A stretch of DNA of 63,271 nt, filler included, from Octopus bimaculoides (GCF_001194135.2; 5 parts of 4 records of this genome joined end to end with filler, not necessarily neighbours in it); one strand, 5' to 3'; shown: positions 26,233 through 39,412, numbered from the whole stretch's first letter. Made by a program: numbers and translations. The notes: generated from the letters alone by a model not told the origin.

Positions 26233-27064
26233 AACACACACACACGCACTTGTGGCTCACACAAAGGAGCTTTTACATGGTCATTTGATATGCTAGAAAT
26301 AACAGTCTAGTTGTAGAAAATTATAAAGAGACAGCATTGTCATGACTTAACTCAGAGGTCTGCTTGATCAGGGCTCGTTGAATAGGGGGCTAAAAAATAA
26401 CGACGCATCAAAATAAATAACAGGTCTAACATACACTCATACTGTTGCTGAACTACTTATTGACATGCAAATATACATATGTAAAAATATAAAATTACGG
26501 CCACCACAGATGTAAAACACAAGGCCCTTACATGTATGCATACAGCATACTGCATATATACACTTGCACTCACATATACATATAGCAAAACACACATGCC
26601 TAACACACACATATAGGTGACTGACACATATACACATGCCTAATACATACATATGCACGTATACATGCCAAACACACACACATATACATATACATACCAC
26701 ACACACATGCCTATATTCAGAGTTGTCCTAGCAGACTCCTGGGCAAAGTAGTGTACTAGGGCCCCTACATACACAACAGGATACATAGATTAGAATTGGG
26801 CTCCTTAAATCTGTGGGAACCCCCAGGCAACTGCCCAGTGTGTCCATACCTTTAGACAGCACTGCCTATATTACAAAAAAAAACAAAAAACAGCTGTTAC
26901 TCAGAAAAATGTACGGCAAGGTAGCCTGTACCATCCTTTTGCAGATTGCTTTAGGTGCCATGAAGTTATGAGCAGACATAAAAACCCACCCTTGTCACTA
27001 CAGAACTTTGAGAGAATAATAACTGGAGGGAGAGACAGTTGCTCCAACTCTCAGATGGTACTCA

Positions 27065-27330
27065 TTACAGTAGTCATCATCATCATCGTTTTGTGTCTGT
27101 TTTCCATGCTGGCATGGGTTGGGTGATTTGATAGGAGCTGGCCAGCTAGAAAGCTGTCTTAGTTCCATGTCTGTTTTGGCATGGTTTCTATGGTTGGATG
27201 CCCTTTCTAATGCCAACCACTTTACAAAATGTACTGGGTCTTTTATGCAGCACCAGCATGGGCGCTTCTATGTGACATTGACACAAGTGCTTTTTATGTG
27301 GCACTGGCACCTCCAAGTACACAAGATTTG
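27065..27330 (-). mobile_element. RTE 3'-end fragment (or SINE sharing it)
   Basis: Reverse complement resembles 19250-19446 (ggcatccaa..., aacccatgccagcatgg, (gat)n tail). Confidence 0.6.
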
Positions 27331-27750
27331 GAATGCTCAGCTGAAGAGGGATGCAAGGGACATGCCTATATGCAAGGACAGCCCTGATTTTGCTTAGATT
27401 GAGGTGTCTTCTTAAGCACAGCGAACGGCCAGAAATCTTGGTTGTGTAGACAAGAATTAAGAAATGAAGTATCTTGCTCAAGGACACAATGCATTGCTTA
27501 GTCCAGGAATCAAATGCACAACCTTATCATGCACCTAACATCTGACCACTAGGTTCCACACCTTACATGCTTATACTATTTATAGATAGCTATTATGTAT
27601 GATTTAACAAAAACGCATATACAAACATGCATCATGTGTATAGCACATCCACAAACCATATAACTACTTGATTCTAGAAACTCATATATAAGCACACTAC
27701 TATCACCACCATTATGACTAACACAGACAAACTTCATTGCTATATACTCA

Positions 27751-27895
27751 AGAAGCTTGCTTCTCAGCCACATGGTTCCAGGTTCAGTCCCACATCATGT
27801 CACCTTGGGTAAGTGTCTTCTACTATATCCTCAGGCTGACCAAAGCCTTAGATTTGGTAGATGGAAACTTAAAGAAGCCCATCGTATATATTTAT
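27751..27895 (+). mobile_element. SINE family A, head only
   Basis: ggttccaggttcagtccca...gcaagtgtc-like head through aagaagcccatcg. Confidence 0.7.
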
Positions 27896-27964
27896 ACATA
27901 AATACATGACGACTGCTCCATCTTGACAGACGATAGCCATCCCATCAACAATCCACACATATCA

Positions 27965-28252
27965 TCACGCAGTACAATCACTCCGTTGGTGAGCCCTCAA
28001 GTGACTTTGAAGTCCGGCTGCTGAGCGACAAGGTCTACAACACAGATGACAAATGTTCAGGCCTCTCGATCCTTGCCCGCTGGTATCTGATTCTAAGGAA
28101 ACGCTTCTGTGAACCAGCATATGTCTCTTAAGTCCGGGTATTGTTTTACAAACCTTGTGACATATGCCACAGGTCGCAGAAGGCGGTTGGTATTTAGGGT
28201 GTCTGGAATTTCTACCCTCATGTGTTTTCATGTGATTCACATATCCTGCTTT
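27965..28252 (-). other. ORF end with tandem C2H2 zinc fingers (LINE C-terminus or host ZNF exon); 5' part lost in gap
   Basis: KAGYVNHMKTH, CGICHKVCKTIPGLKRHMLVH and CHLCCRPCRSAAGLQSHLRAH; no TGEKP linkers. Confidence 0.6.
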
Positions 28253-30043
28253 TNNNNNNNNNNNNNNNNNNNNNNNNNNNNNNNNNNNNNNNNNNNNTTA
28301 ATTAATTAANNNNNNNNNNNNNNNNNNNNNNNNNNNNNNNNNNNNNNNNNNNNTGTGTGTGTGTGTGTGTATCGATACAATAGATTGATATAGTTTGAAG
28401 TATATCTTTGACTTTGAAAGGAAGACATCGTGGGTGTTCTGTAGAATGCTGGATATATTATTCTTCTGTGTATTTCTTCTTACGATTAAACACAATGTTA
28501 TCATGCTTATGACACTTAGCGTTAGATCACAAAAAGGGGTTGTAGGACTATATCAAAAAGGTTTGGCTAAATTCTTGGCAGTATGCAATACAAGGTGTGG
28601 TTTTATTTTGCTTCACCTTGCTTCTTTGCTTATTTCTCTTCTTTCTTTTTTCCTTTTTCTTTTTTCTTTCTCGGTTTCGATGAATCCGTCTGTTCAGGCA
28701 GAAAAGAGGTGTGTTAGAATTTTCTGTTAAATGTATTTCCGGTGAAATATTAATATAATTTCCGTTCTAACAGGCTTCTACCAGTAAATTCTCGCCTTCG
28801 TGAAATTTAGTGAAAGCAATGTTGTTGCCCTCGACAACAGCAGTTAGCTACAGCCCTTAATCACAAGCAGCAGTTAGCTAGAGCCCTTATAATCACTGTA
28901 ATCGTACTGTTTCGCGATAGCCGGGATTGCGTCTTCCCAATGACTGCCCTTTCTCTTCAAGGCCAGAAGAAACTTCAGCCCCCAGCAATTATTGGTTCTT
29001 TAAAAGGGTCTAGTGAAGCCTACAATAGATTATTGCTCTCATACATGGGAAGGTGCTGCATAACACAGTTCACGTGGCAAAAAAAGCTTAACTGACAAGT
29101 TGGTCTCTCACAGATACTCTCTCACCCTCTCGCCATCACACACACACACACACATAATATAATATAATATAATATAATATAATATAATATAATATAATAT
29201 TATATTATATATATATANNNNNNNNNNNNNNNNNNNNNNNNNNNNNNNNNNNNNNNNNNNNNNNNNNNNNNNNNNNNNNNNNNNNNNNNNNNNNNNNNNN
29301 NNNNNNNNNNNNNNNNNNNNNNNNNNNNNNNNNNNNNNNNNNNNNNNNNNNNNNNNNNNNNNNNNNNNNNNNNNNNNNNNNNNNNNNNNNNNNNNNNNNN
29401 NNNNNNNNNNNNNNNNNNNNNNNNNNNNNNNNNNNNNNNNNNNNNNNNNNNNNNNNNNNNNNNNNNNNNNNNNNNNNNNNNNNNNNNNNNNNNNNNNNNN
29501 NNNNNNNNNNNNNNNNNNNNNNNNNNNNNNNNNNNNNNNNNNNNNNNNNNNNNNNNNNNNNNNNNNNNNNNNNNNNNNNNNNNNNNNNNNNNNNNNNNNN
29601 NNNNNNNNNNNNNNNNNNNNNNNNNNNNNNNNNNNNNNNNNNNNNNNNNNNNNNNNNNNNNNNNNNNNNNNNNNNNNNNNNNNNNNNNNNNNNNNNNNNN
29701 NNNNNNNNNNNNNNNNNNNNNNNNNNNNNNNNNNNNNNNNNNNNNNNNNNNNNNNNNNNNNNNNNNNNNNNNNNNNNNNNNNNNNNNNNNNNNNNNNNNN
29801 NNNNNNNNNNNNNNNNNNNNNNNNNNNNNNNNNNNNNNNNNNNNNNNNNNNNNNNNNNNNNNNNNNNNNNNNNNNNNNNNNNNNNNNNNNNNNNNNNNNN
29901 NNNNNNNNNNNNNNNNNNNNNNNNNNNNNNNNNNNNNNNNNNNNNNNNNNNNNNNNNNNNNNNNNNNNNNNNNNNNNNNNNNNNNNNNNNNNNNNNNNNN
30001 NNNNNNNNNNNNNNNNNNNNNNNNNNNNNNNNNNNNNNNNNNN

Positions 30044-30075
<32 letters not shown>

Positions 30076-30295
30076 TATGTAGCTAGTTAAGGTTCAAAAA
30101 CTGATTATGTTCGAGAGCAACAGAGTACTAGTGATATATTGTGAAACTCTGAATACTCTGTTGTTTCTGAATAACATATAATCATTCTTTTCTCAATTAC
30201 TCACTCATTCACTATCTTTCTTTCTCTCCTTAAGCTGTAAGGCATGTGTGCGTGTGGGTGTGTGTATGTTTGTGTGTGTTATACCCATTACGGCC

Positions 30296-30380
30296 GATCT
30301 TACAATTCAGTTTCACATTAGATGTTAAACTGTATGTTAGATAACTATCCGGTTATGTAACCTGCGCTCATCAGAACTGC
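30296..30380 (-). ncRNA. Hammerhead-like motif with extended stem II
   Basis: CUGAUGA at 30374-30368, GAAAC at 30314-30310 and GUA at 30303-30301. Confidence 0.3.
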
Positions 30381-30753
30381 TGGTCAGAAGCACATAACCT
30401 TTTTACTTATGGAGGTAAGAGTACAATCTTGGTCAGCAAGGTTGTGAAAATTCTTCGAAGTGAAAACCCCTTTTGGGTGAGATGGAGTTATTTCCCTTTA
30501 AACAGTTCTAGTTGTACACGAAAAGGGTCAGTTTATGTATGATTTCCGTTCACTAATCAGCAAGCGGAGAAACCCATGTTGCCAATATGAATTTTTTTCT
30601 CATGAGAGCACAGACTAAACATTTCACTTTTAGAATTTAGGAAGGTCCCAAGATCGAATGATTTTCTTTTAGGATCCTTGCTCTCTCGGCCAAGCAAATT
30701 TTGCATCGTCTGCTTCCGTTGAAGTATAGTCAAGGTTGATCCAGAAGCTTTCA

Positions 30754-31200
30754 TTAAATTCTATACGGCCTACCCTCTTCTTTAAAACTCCATATGTATT
30801 TGACCAACGCCATAACATTGTGTCTCGCTGGGATCCTAACACAGGACCTGTGGTTATTTAGTCGCAACTTAAATGGGTATTCCATTGCCCCGACATATTT
30901 CAGTGTTTGTGTCCTCACGTTGGTGGTGCTGCTGTTGTTGCTGCTGCTGTCATCGCAGCGGCTGTTGCTGTTACTGACGGACACCTCCTCTATCTCGTAG
31001 ACCATGACCTTGAAGTTGCATCGACCACCTACTGGACATTCACTGTTAACCCTATATGAGCATACTGCCTCTGTGCGGGGTTTAGGCGCGCTCACTAAAA
31101 TCTTTTTTACGCTGGGCACATAACTGAATGAAACATTTAAGTTTTGTCTGTTAAATAGGAAATTCGTGTTGGAGACATGGGCTTCCCTGCTTGCTGACTA
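30754..31200 (-). mobile_element. Penelope-like element GIY-YIG fragment
   Basis: LFNRQNLNVSFSYVPSVKKIL, CPVGGRCNFKVMVY, YVGAMEYPFKLRLNNH and LVKYIWSFKE. Confidence 0.8.
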
Positions 31201-31522
31201 GTGAACCGATATTGTACATAAGCTAATCCTTTCCAGACACAACCGGAACTTCTCCTCACCCAGAAGAGGTTTTCGTTTCGAAGAATTTCGTTTCGTGTTT
31301 TTGGGGTGGGTTTTCGACAACCTTGCTGACCAAGACTGCATTTTTTCCTCCATTAGTAAGCGATTATGTGCTTTTCGGCTAGCAGCTCTAATGAGTTGCC
31401 TGTATTTGTAAGAGCAGTAATAGACGTGAAACTAATGGGAACTTTCTGACCGGCCATAACCAAAAACAACATAAAATATTACTGTTTCGGACTTATGGAC
31501 AACTGACCGATTTATATATATA

Positions 31523-32156
31523 CAGGGTGGGCGGAAAGTAACTAGGCATTAGAAATTGCTTATAGAATTTTTAGTATCACCGAAGTCATGACGAAAGCAT
31601 TTTCCCAGCAGACAACACTGATGTGAATTTTTTATTTTCTTATTTCTTATCTTCCAGGTGGAAGGTGGAAGGGGGAGCTAAGATAGCAGCACGCTATAGA
31701 TTCCACTGTTTTGGTTCAGAGATGAGGGCGTGCATGGAAAGGCAAGCATGCAACACTATGTCCGGAGACAATAAAAAGTTGTTATGCAAACCACGGCTGT
31801 GTGAACGATGCAAGACGTGACCGTCCAACCACGTCCCGATGAGCGGAGAACGTGGCAACAGAGCAGCCTGCAAAAATCAACACGTCAAACAGCTCATGAA
31901 AGTAGACAGACAATACGTACGGTGTTACATAAAGAATTGAATTTTCGTCCGTGGAAACACCATTACGTGCAGGAGCTAAAATCTGAAGACCGTGGCCGCA
32001 GAAGTCCAGACCTCCAAGAAGTCCAGAACTCCAAGAAGTCCAGAACTCCAAGAAGTCCAGATCTCACTCCATGTGATTTTTACTTGTGGAGTTACACAAA
32101 AGAGGAAGTGTACAAGACAAAACTTCGCACATTGGAGGACTTGGAAGGAGAGATAG
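31523..32156 (+). mobile_element. Internally deleted Tc1/mariner transposon (runs into gap)
   Basis: TA followed by cagggtgggcggaaag TIR; TIRTVLHKELNFRPWK and PRSPDLTPCDFYLWSY motifs. Confidence 0.85.
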
Positions 32157-32569
32157 NNNNNNNNNNNNNNNNNNNNNNNNNNNNNNNNNNNNNNNNNNNN
32201 NNNNNNNNNNNNNNNNNNNNNNNNNNNNNNNNNNNNNNNNNNNNNNNNNNNNNNNNNNNNNNNNNNNNNNNNNNNNNNNNNNNNNNNNNNNNNNNNNNNN
32301 NNNNNNNNNNNNNNNNNNNNNNNNNNNNNNNNNNNNNNNNNNNNNNNNNNNNNNNNNNNNNNNNNNNNNNNNNNNNNNNNNNNNNNNNNNNNNNNNNNNN
32401 NNNNNNNNNNNNNNNNNNNNNNNNNNNNNNNNNNNNNNNNNNNNNNNNNNNNNNNNNNNNNNNNNNNNNNNNNNNNNNNNNNNNNNNNNNNNNNNNNNNN
32501 NNNNNNNNNNNNNNNNNNNNNNNNNNNNNNNNNNNNNNNNNNNNNNNNNNNNNNNNNNNNNNNNNNNNN

Positions 32570-32650
<81 letters not shown>

Positions 32651-33519
32651 GAATGTAGTGTAAGGTATATTTACAATTGTAAGTTATATTGCATTATTTA
32701 AAAACACGATTTTAGCCACGCTGTTTAATGTAAACGGGGTGGTCAAACTACAGGTTTCATTTTATCACATTTCATCAGCTTTTAATCTTCTTAGTCTTTA
32801 ATCAGAGAAACAACACCCACCTTTTGTATACAGATTAGTAGATTATAGCTATTTGTAGTGAATACAGCTAAACCGGACACAACTAAAACGATCCGGTTAA
32901 TTTGCATAATAATGTATGCGCTGACAAATGATTAATTATTTCTGCCCCATACACTATTACTGGATAATTTGAAGTATAATATGAAATATAGAGTTCTTTT
33001 GTTAAACATACAACGTTGACCTGTAAGATAGCCAATCTAAAAAGTAAACAGGATTGTTACATCACATATTTTATGCCTCTATAGGCACAAACAGTAAAAT
33101 ACATCTGATTAATTTTTAGTCTACTTAGATCTTCATCGCAGAAAGCATATTAGTAGAAACTAATAGTTCTAAGCTATTAATTTCAGACAAGCTCAGACAA
33201 ACATAGCTAAGCTGATATCTCTAATTTGCGTAACAGTGCTTTCATCTATAAAAAAATAATGTGCATTGTTGCGCTCCAGTGCCTGAAAGCTGGAGCGAAT
33301 TCGGTTATTCATAGCACAATCGCTGAGGTGGTAATGGATTGGTTGACATTGATTAGCACCCCGACGAAGTCATATCAATTACTGACCTGTTTTACGATGT
33401 ATCTCAAGACGTGTAAGTTTGTTGATGATAAATCGATCTGGGATCGTACAGGATTGCTTAACTCCAATTATACTATTGATGACATAGCATACATAACATG
33501 AGTTACTTAGCGAACGCTT

Positions 33520-33985
33520 TTATATTTTGTCTTTTACATGTTTCAGTCATTGGACTGCTGTCATGCTGGGGCATCACCTTGAAGGGTTTTGATCAAACAA
33601 ATCGACCCCAGTACTTATTGGTTCTTCTTTGTTTTGTTTTTTTAAAGTCTGGTACTTATTCTATCGGTTTCTTTTACCAAACCGCTAAGTTATGGAGGCA
33701 TAAAGAAACGTTTTGCAAGTAATTGTGAATGACAAACACATTCACAAAACATGCACACGCACGCACACAGTCACACACATACATATACATATACACACAC
33801 ATACCTAAATATACATATACACATACGCGCGCATATATATAAGTATACACACTCACACATTCACACACACACACATATATATATATATACATACACGCGC
33901 GCGCGACGGGCTTCCAGTCAGTTTCCATTTACCAAATTCAGTCACAAGACATTGGTTGGTCCGGAGCCATAATAAGAAGACACTC
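33520..33985 (-). mobile_element. SINE family A, diverged, with expanded internal microsatellite
   Basis: Tail at 33520-33710 (agtacttatt...ctatcggt...accgctaagttatgg); partial head at 33900-33985. Confidence 0.65.
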
Positions 33986-34481
33986 CGAAAGAACATGGCT
34001 GCAAAGCGAGCTTCTGAACTGCACGGCCATGCCTGCACGCATATACCAGAAATCTTTGCCAAAACCTTCAATACCTCTTTTAGCAGAATTATGGCACTAA
34101 ATTTTACAAGTTTCCCTCGCACCGGCCTTTAGTCCAGACCCTTCGCCAGCAGTCTCACCACTACTCGGCTCACACAATGAGGAATGCTCTCGGTGTAGAT
34201 AGTTGTCAGTGTGGCTGTCTACTGCACGGATAGTTGTAATGTGAACAAGTAGTGGTGGACAAGTCGTAATCTGCCGCCAGGAATATACTAAATCTTGTTA
34301 GTCTACAAATATTTCGTTCAAAATTAGATATTTAAAAAAAATAGATCTTGGTAAAATGTTTATGAATCATAAAGATTTTTTTCTAACATATAAAATATAA
34401 AATATCTTTTATCAACAGCTATGTCTAAGGAGCTGGAAAATACCGTTTATATACAATTATACATGCATATACAACGATCAC

Positions 34482-34560
<79 letters not shown>

Positions 34561-34949
34561 CGCACGTATGCACACACACACACACACACATTTATTTATA
34601 CACACACATGCACAGAAACACATTCGTAGAATTAATTATGCTTGTATGTGTGCATTAGACTGTGAGTATGTACGTGTGAGTATGTACGTGTGTGTGTGTG
34701 TGTGTGTGTGTGTTTACATAAGTGGTATCAAACAAAAGTAAATGTACTCAATACCAAACATAGAATACATAATTTATTAACCAACCGAAGCTCATCCGGT
34801 GTCTTTGGTTTCAGGAGGTACGAAGACCTGTTTCGATTCTTTGGACTTTAGTTCTAATTAAAGACAAGATGGCTAACAGAATATGTCTTCTCAATGGACA
34901 GCACAAATCTTGCGTTAACGCGGTTTTAGTATGGGTCAGTGAAATAAGG

Positions 34950-35326
34950 TAATGGTCCAGTGGTTAGGGCAGCGGACTCGCGGTCATAGGATCGCGGTTT
35001 CGATTCCCAGACCGGGCGTTGTGAGTGTTTATTGAGCGAAAAACACCTAAAGCTCCACGAGGCTCCGGCAGGGGATGGTGGCGAACCCTGCTGTACTCTT
35101 CCACCACAACTTTCTCTCACTCTTACTTCCTGTTTCTGTTGTGCCTGTAATTGAAAGGGTCAGCCTTGTCACACTGTGTCACGCTGAATATCCCCGAGAA
35201 CTACGTTAAGGGTACACGTGTCTGTGGAGTGCTCAGCCACTTGCACGTTAATTTCACGAGCAGGTTGTTTCGTTGATCGGATCAATTGGAACCCTCGACG
35301 TCGTAAGCGACGGAGTGCCAACAACA
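34950..35326 (+). mobile_element. tRNA-derived SINE, family B, with 12-bp target-site duplication
   Basis: A-box-like tggtccagtgg, B-box-like gtttcgattcc, (caa)n tail. AGTGAAATAAGG occurs at 34938-34949 and 35327-35338. Confidence 0.85.
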
Positions 35327-35529
35327 AGTGAAATAAGGCAAACGAAGTAGGTGGTTCAAGTCGTAATCCTAAAATAAAGAGCATAACACATCCAACTGAT
35401 TCAAGTATTGAGTACTTCAGAGCAGATCTGGAAGCCTTGTATTATGAGAAACAACATCAATACATACATCTGCTCGCACAAGCATTCGCACATAGATACA
35501 TACGTAGGTACATGCATATAAACAAAAAT

Positions 35530-35587
<58 letters not shown>

Positions 35588-35884
35588 NNNNNNNNNNNNN
35601 NNNNNNNNNNNNNNNNNNNNNNNNNNNNNNNTTAATTAATTAANNNNNNNNNNNNNNNNNNNNNNNNNNNNNNNNNNNNNNNNNNNNACTTTAAGGGTGT
35701 CGCGAAAGGTTTGGTTGGAGACCCAAATTTCTTAATTCTTTTACAGCGCTTAGAAAAACTGAAGGATCGCTGCAATGTATGAGTCTGAGAGGGAAATGTA
35801 TTGCATGTAATCAGAATTAACAGTTCCTCTTGTATTTTCCTTTTCCCACAGCCAGGAACTTTTTAACACCCCCTCGTATATGAC

Positions 35885-36045
35885 GGTCATCTTTCAGTTT
35901 CTGTTTACCAAGTTCACTCACAAGGCTTTGGTCGACGCGAGGTTATAGTAGAAGACTCTTGCTCAAGGTTCGACGAAGGGGGATTGAACCCGGAAGTACG
36001 TGATTGAGAAGCAGGCTTCTTACCACACACAGCCACGCCTGTGCC
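35885..36045 (-). mobile_element. SINE family A, head
   Basis: Reverse complement of the head (cacaaggctttggtcg...tagtagaagac...taccacacacagccacgcctgtgcc). Confidence 0.7.
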
Positions 36046-36443
36046 TGTACTACATATATATATATATAAAGTAAGCTTTGCTAAATTACACTGCACTACA
36101 TCACACTACTATGCACGGCATTGTTGCATTATGCAAACGTTCACATACTCCGTCACATACACACACACACACGCACGCAGCCACATACATCATACGCACA
36201 GATACACACATCACATCACACACGCACACACACACACACACACATAACACTTTCACACACACCTAAAATATCTCAAGGCTGTCAGTTCTTAAATTTCATT
36301 TAAATCTATAACTCCATAAAAACCGTTTCCATCAACAAAATCCTCATCACCTATAACAGCGCCACCGCCGGTATTGTTAGATTCCTAACAAATCTAACAA
36401 TAACGATGCTGCTGCTACTACTGTAGTCGATCAAGGTGGGGAC

Positions 36444-36509
<66 letters not shown>

Positions 36510-36514
36510 GGTGG

Positions 36515-36564
<50 letters not shown>

Positions 36565-37560
36565 GTNNNNNNNNNNNNNNNNNNNNNNNNNNNNNNNNNN
36601 NNNNNNNNNNNNNNNNNNNNNNNNNNNNNNNNNNNNNNNNNNNNNNNNNNNNNNNNNNNNNNNNNNNNNNNNNNNNNNNNNNNNNNNNNNNNNNNNNNNN
36701 NNNNNNNNNNNNNNNNNNNNNNNNNNNNNNNNNNNNNNNNNNNNNNNNNNNNNNNNNNNNNNNNNNNNNNNNNNNNNNNNNNNNNNNNNNNNNNNNNNNN
36801 NNNNNNNNNNNNNNNNNNNNNNNNNNNNNNNNNNNNNNNNNNNNNNNNNNNNNNNNNNNNNNNNNNNNNNNNNNNNNNNNNNNNNNNNNNNNNNNNNNNN
36901 NNNNNNNNNNNNNNNNNNNNNNNNNNNNNNNNNNNNNNNNNNNNNNNNNNNNNNNNNNNNNNNNNNNNNNNNNNNNNNNNNNNNNNNNNNNNNNNNNNNN
37001 NNNNNNNNNNNNNNNNNNNNNNNNNNNNNNNNNNNNNNNNNNNNNNNNNNNNNNNNNNNNNNNNNNNNNNNNNNNNNNNNNNNNNNNNNNNNNNNNNNNN
37101 NNNNNNNNNNNNNNNNNNNNNNNNNNNNNNNNNNNNNNNNNNNNNNNNNNNNNNNNNNNNNNNNNNNGGAAGACGTGGAGGAAGACGTGGAGGAAGACGT
37201 GGAGGAAGAGGTGGAGGAAGAGGTGGAGGAAGAGGTGGAGGGAAAGGTGGAGGAATGGGTGGAGGAAGAGGTGGAGGAATGGGTGGAGGAAGAGGTGGAG
37301 GAATGGGTGGAGGAAGAGGTGGAGGGAAAAGAGGTAGATGAAGAGGAGGAGGTGGATGAGGAGGTGGAGGAAGTGGAGGAGGTGGATGAGGAGGTGGAGA
37401 TGGAGGAGATGGAAAGGAATGAGGAGGAGACCGATGGCATCGTCAACGATGATGATGATGATGATGATGTCCATGACGGTGACGATGGAGATGATGACGC
37501 TGGTGATGATGATGATAATGATGATGATGCCCATGATGATAACGAGAGAAGAGAAGAATG
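36444..37560. repeat. (GAT/GGT)n and (gtggaggaagag)n low-complexity tract, interrupted by a gap
   Basis: Direct reading of trinucleotide and 12-bp units. Confidence 0.85.
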
Positions 37561-38401
37561 AGAAGCAAAAACAAGAACAAAAATAAAAACAAAAACACAA
37601 CGCTATCAATAATATAATTACCTTTAGGACCTTCCCTGACACCTACGACAGCCATACGAACCACTATCGCCAACAACAACATCAACAACAACAACAACGC
37701 CACTACCAACACTACTGCCAACAACAACAGCTCGTTGAGAAACCAATGCCAAGTGAATCAATATGAGACTTTGAAGTGGGGCCAGACACTTGGAGAAGTA
37801 GGGTACAACTTAAATTGCAGCCAGCATCTTCGATTGACTTCGCTTGATGAATGGAAAACAGAGAGTAAAAAAAACAGAGAGAGAGAGAGAGAGAGAGAAG
37901 TAGAATAAATAGATATCTATATATAGCTATACTTACACATATTTCACACAAGCTGTTTTATATACATACACNNNNNNNNNNNNNNNNNNNNNNNNNNNNN
38001 NNNNNNNNNNNNNNNNNNNNNNNNNNNNNNNNNNNNNNNNNNNNNNNNNNNNNNNNNNNNNNNNNNNNNNNNNNNNNNNNNNNNNNNNNNNNNNNNNNNN
38101 NNNNNNNNNNNNNNNNNNNNNNNNNNNNNNNNNNNNNNNNNNNNNNNNNNNNNNNNNNNNNNNNNNNNNNNNNNNNNNNNNNNNNNNNNNNNNNNNNNNN
38201 NNNNNNNNNNNNNNNNNNNNNNNNNNNNNNNNNNNNNNNNNNNNNNNNNNNNNNNNNNNNNNNNNNNNNNNNNNNNNNNNNNNNNNNNNNNNNNNNNNNN
38301 NNNNNNNNNNNNNNNNNNNNNNNNNNNNNNNNNNNNNNNNNNNNNNNNNNNNNATATACATATATATAGAGAAGAGAGAGAAAGAATGTTTATGTATATA
38401 T

Positions 38402-38455
<54 letters not shown>

Positions 38456-38697
38456 GAGTGTGTATATATGAGCATATAGACACACATGCACACATACACA
38501 CACACATATAAATAAAATAAACAGTGAAACGTTTACCGAAAAAAACCTTACATGTATTTAGTTAGGCTTCAAAACTTATTACGATAACATACATTCTCAT
38601 TCTTAATACGTTGCGGCAGATTCGATCAGGAATTTGCTAATCGCCGTTTCAGACGAATGTGCGTCTATAATACACACGTTTCATTAGGGTAAGATAA

Positions 38698-38744
38698 CTT
38701 TGGGACCCGATGTTTCGACCTTATTGTGTCTCCTCAGTCTAAAC
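38698..38744 (-). ncRNA. Hammerhead-ribozyme-like motif
   Basis: CUGAGGA GAC acaauaag GUC GAAAC aucgg GUC; stem I is poor. Confidence 0.4.
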
Positions 38745-39301
38745 TACCCGATTTAATGAATCTTGCTGACTTTATAGTCAGCAAACGTACACACACACCA
38801 GATACACACAACCAAGCACACACCTACATAACCAACAACGAGCTGAAGCCCAACTCATACATGTACACACGTACACACACACAGCACTCACACACACACA
38901 GCACTCACACACACACAGCACTCACACACACACAGTAAATTCACACGCACCAGATACGCATACTCATGCTCTCATACAGCTCGTATACCCACACACACAC
39001 ACGCACTTCGGCAACTGGTGTCGCTAATAATTCTCTCTTCGTCCCGTCGACAGTGAGACACCACCAACATCCTACCAAACCATGCAGTCTTAGTAAAGGA
39101 ATTTTGTGTATGTATCGGATGTCGCTACAGGATGAATACAAATATCAATCGTACCATCTGTCTTGTCTTGACCAATAGCAGTCCAATCTTCCATAGTCAT
39201 CTTGAACTTATTCCATTCGGTTACTTGTGCCCAAAGAGTTAGTTTCATTTTACGAGCCTACTAAACTTTATGTTGCATAGAGCTATATCAAACTGTTATC
39301 A

Positions 39302-39351
<50 letters not shown>

Positions 39352-39359
39352 TAATAATG

Positions 39360-39411
<52 letters not shown>

Positions 39412-39412
<1 letters not shown>

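Noticed and set aside
28380-29130. Possible antisense retroelement remnant
   Set aside because: No diagnostic motif could be read, so it was left unannotated.
34950-35015. tRNA gene
   Set aside because: The tRNA-like head continues into a SINE body and tail with a TSD; no complete cloverleaf.
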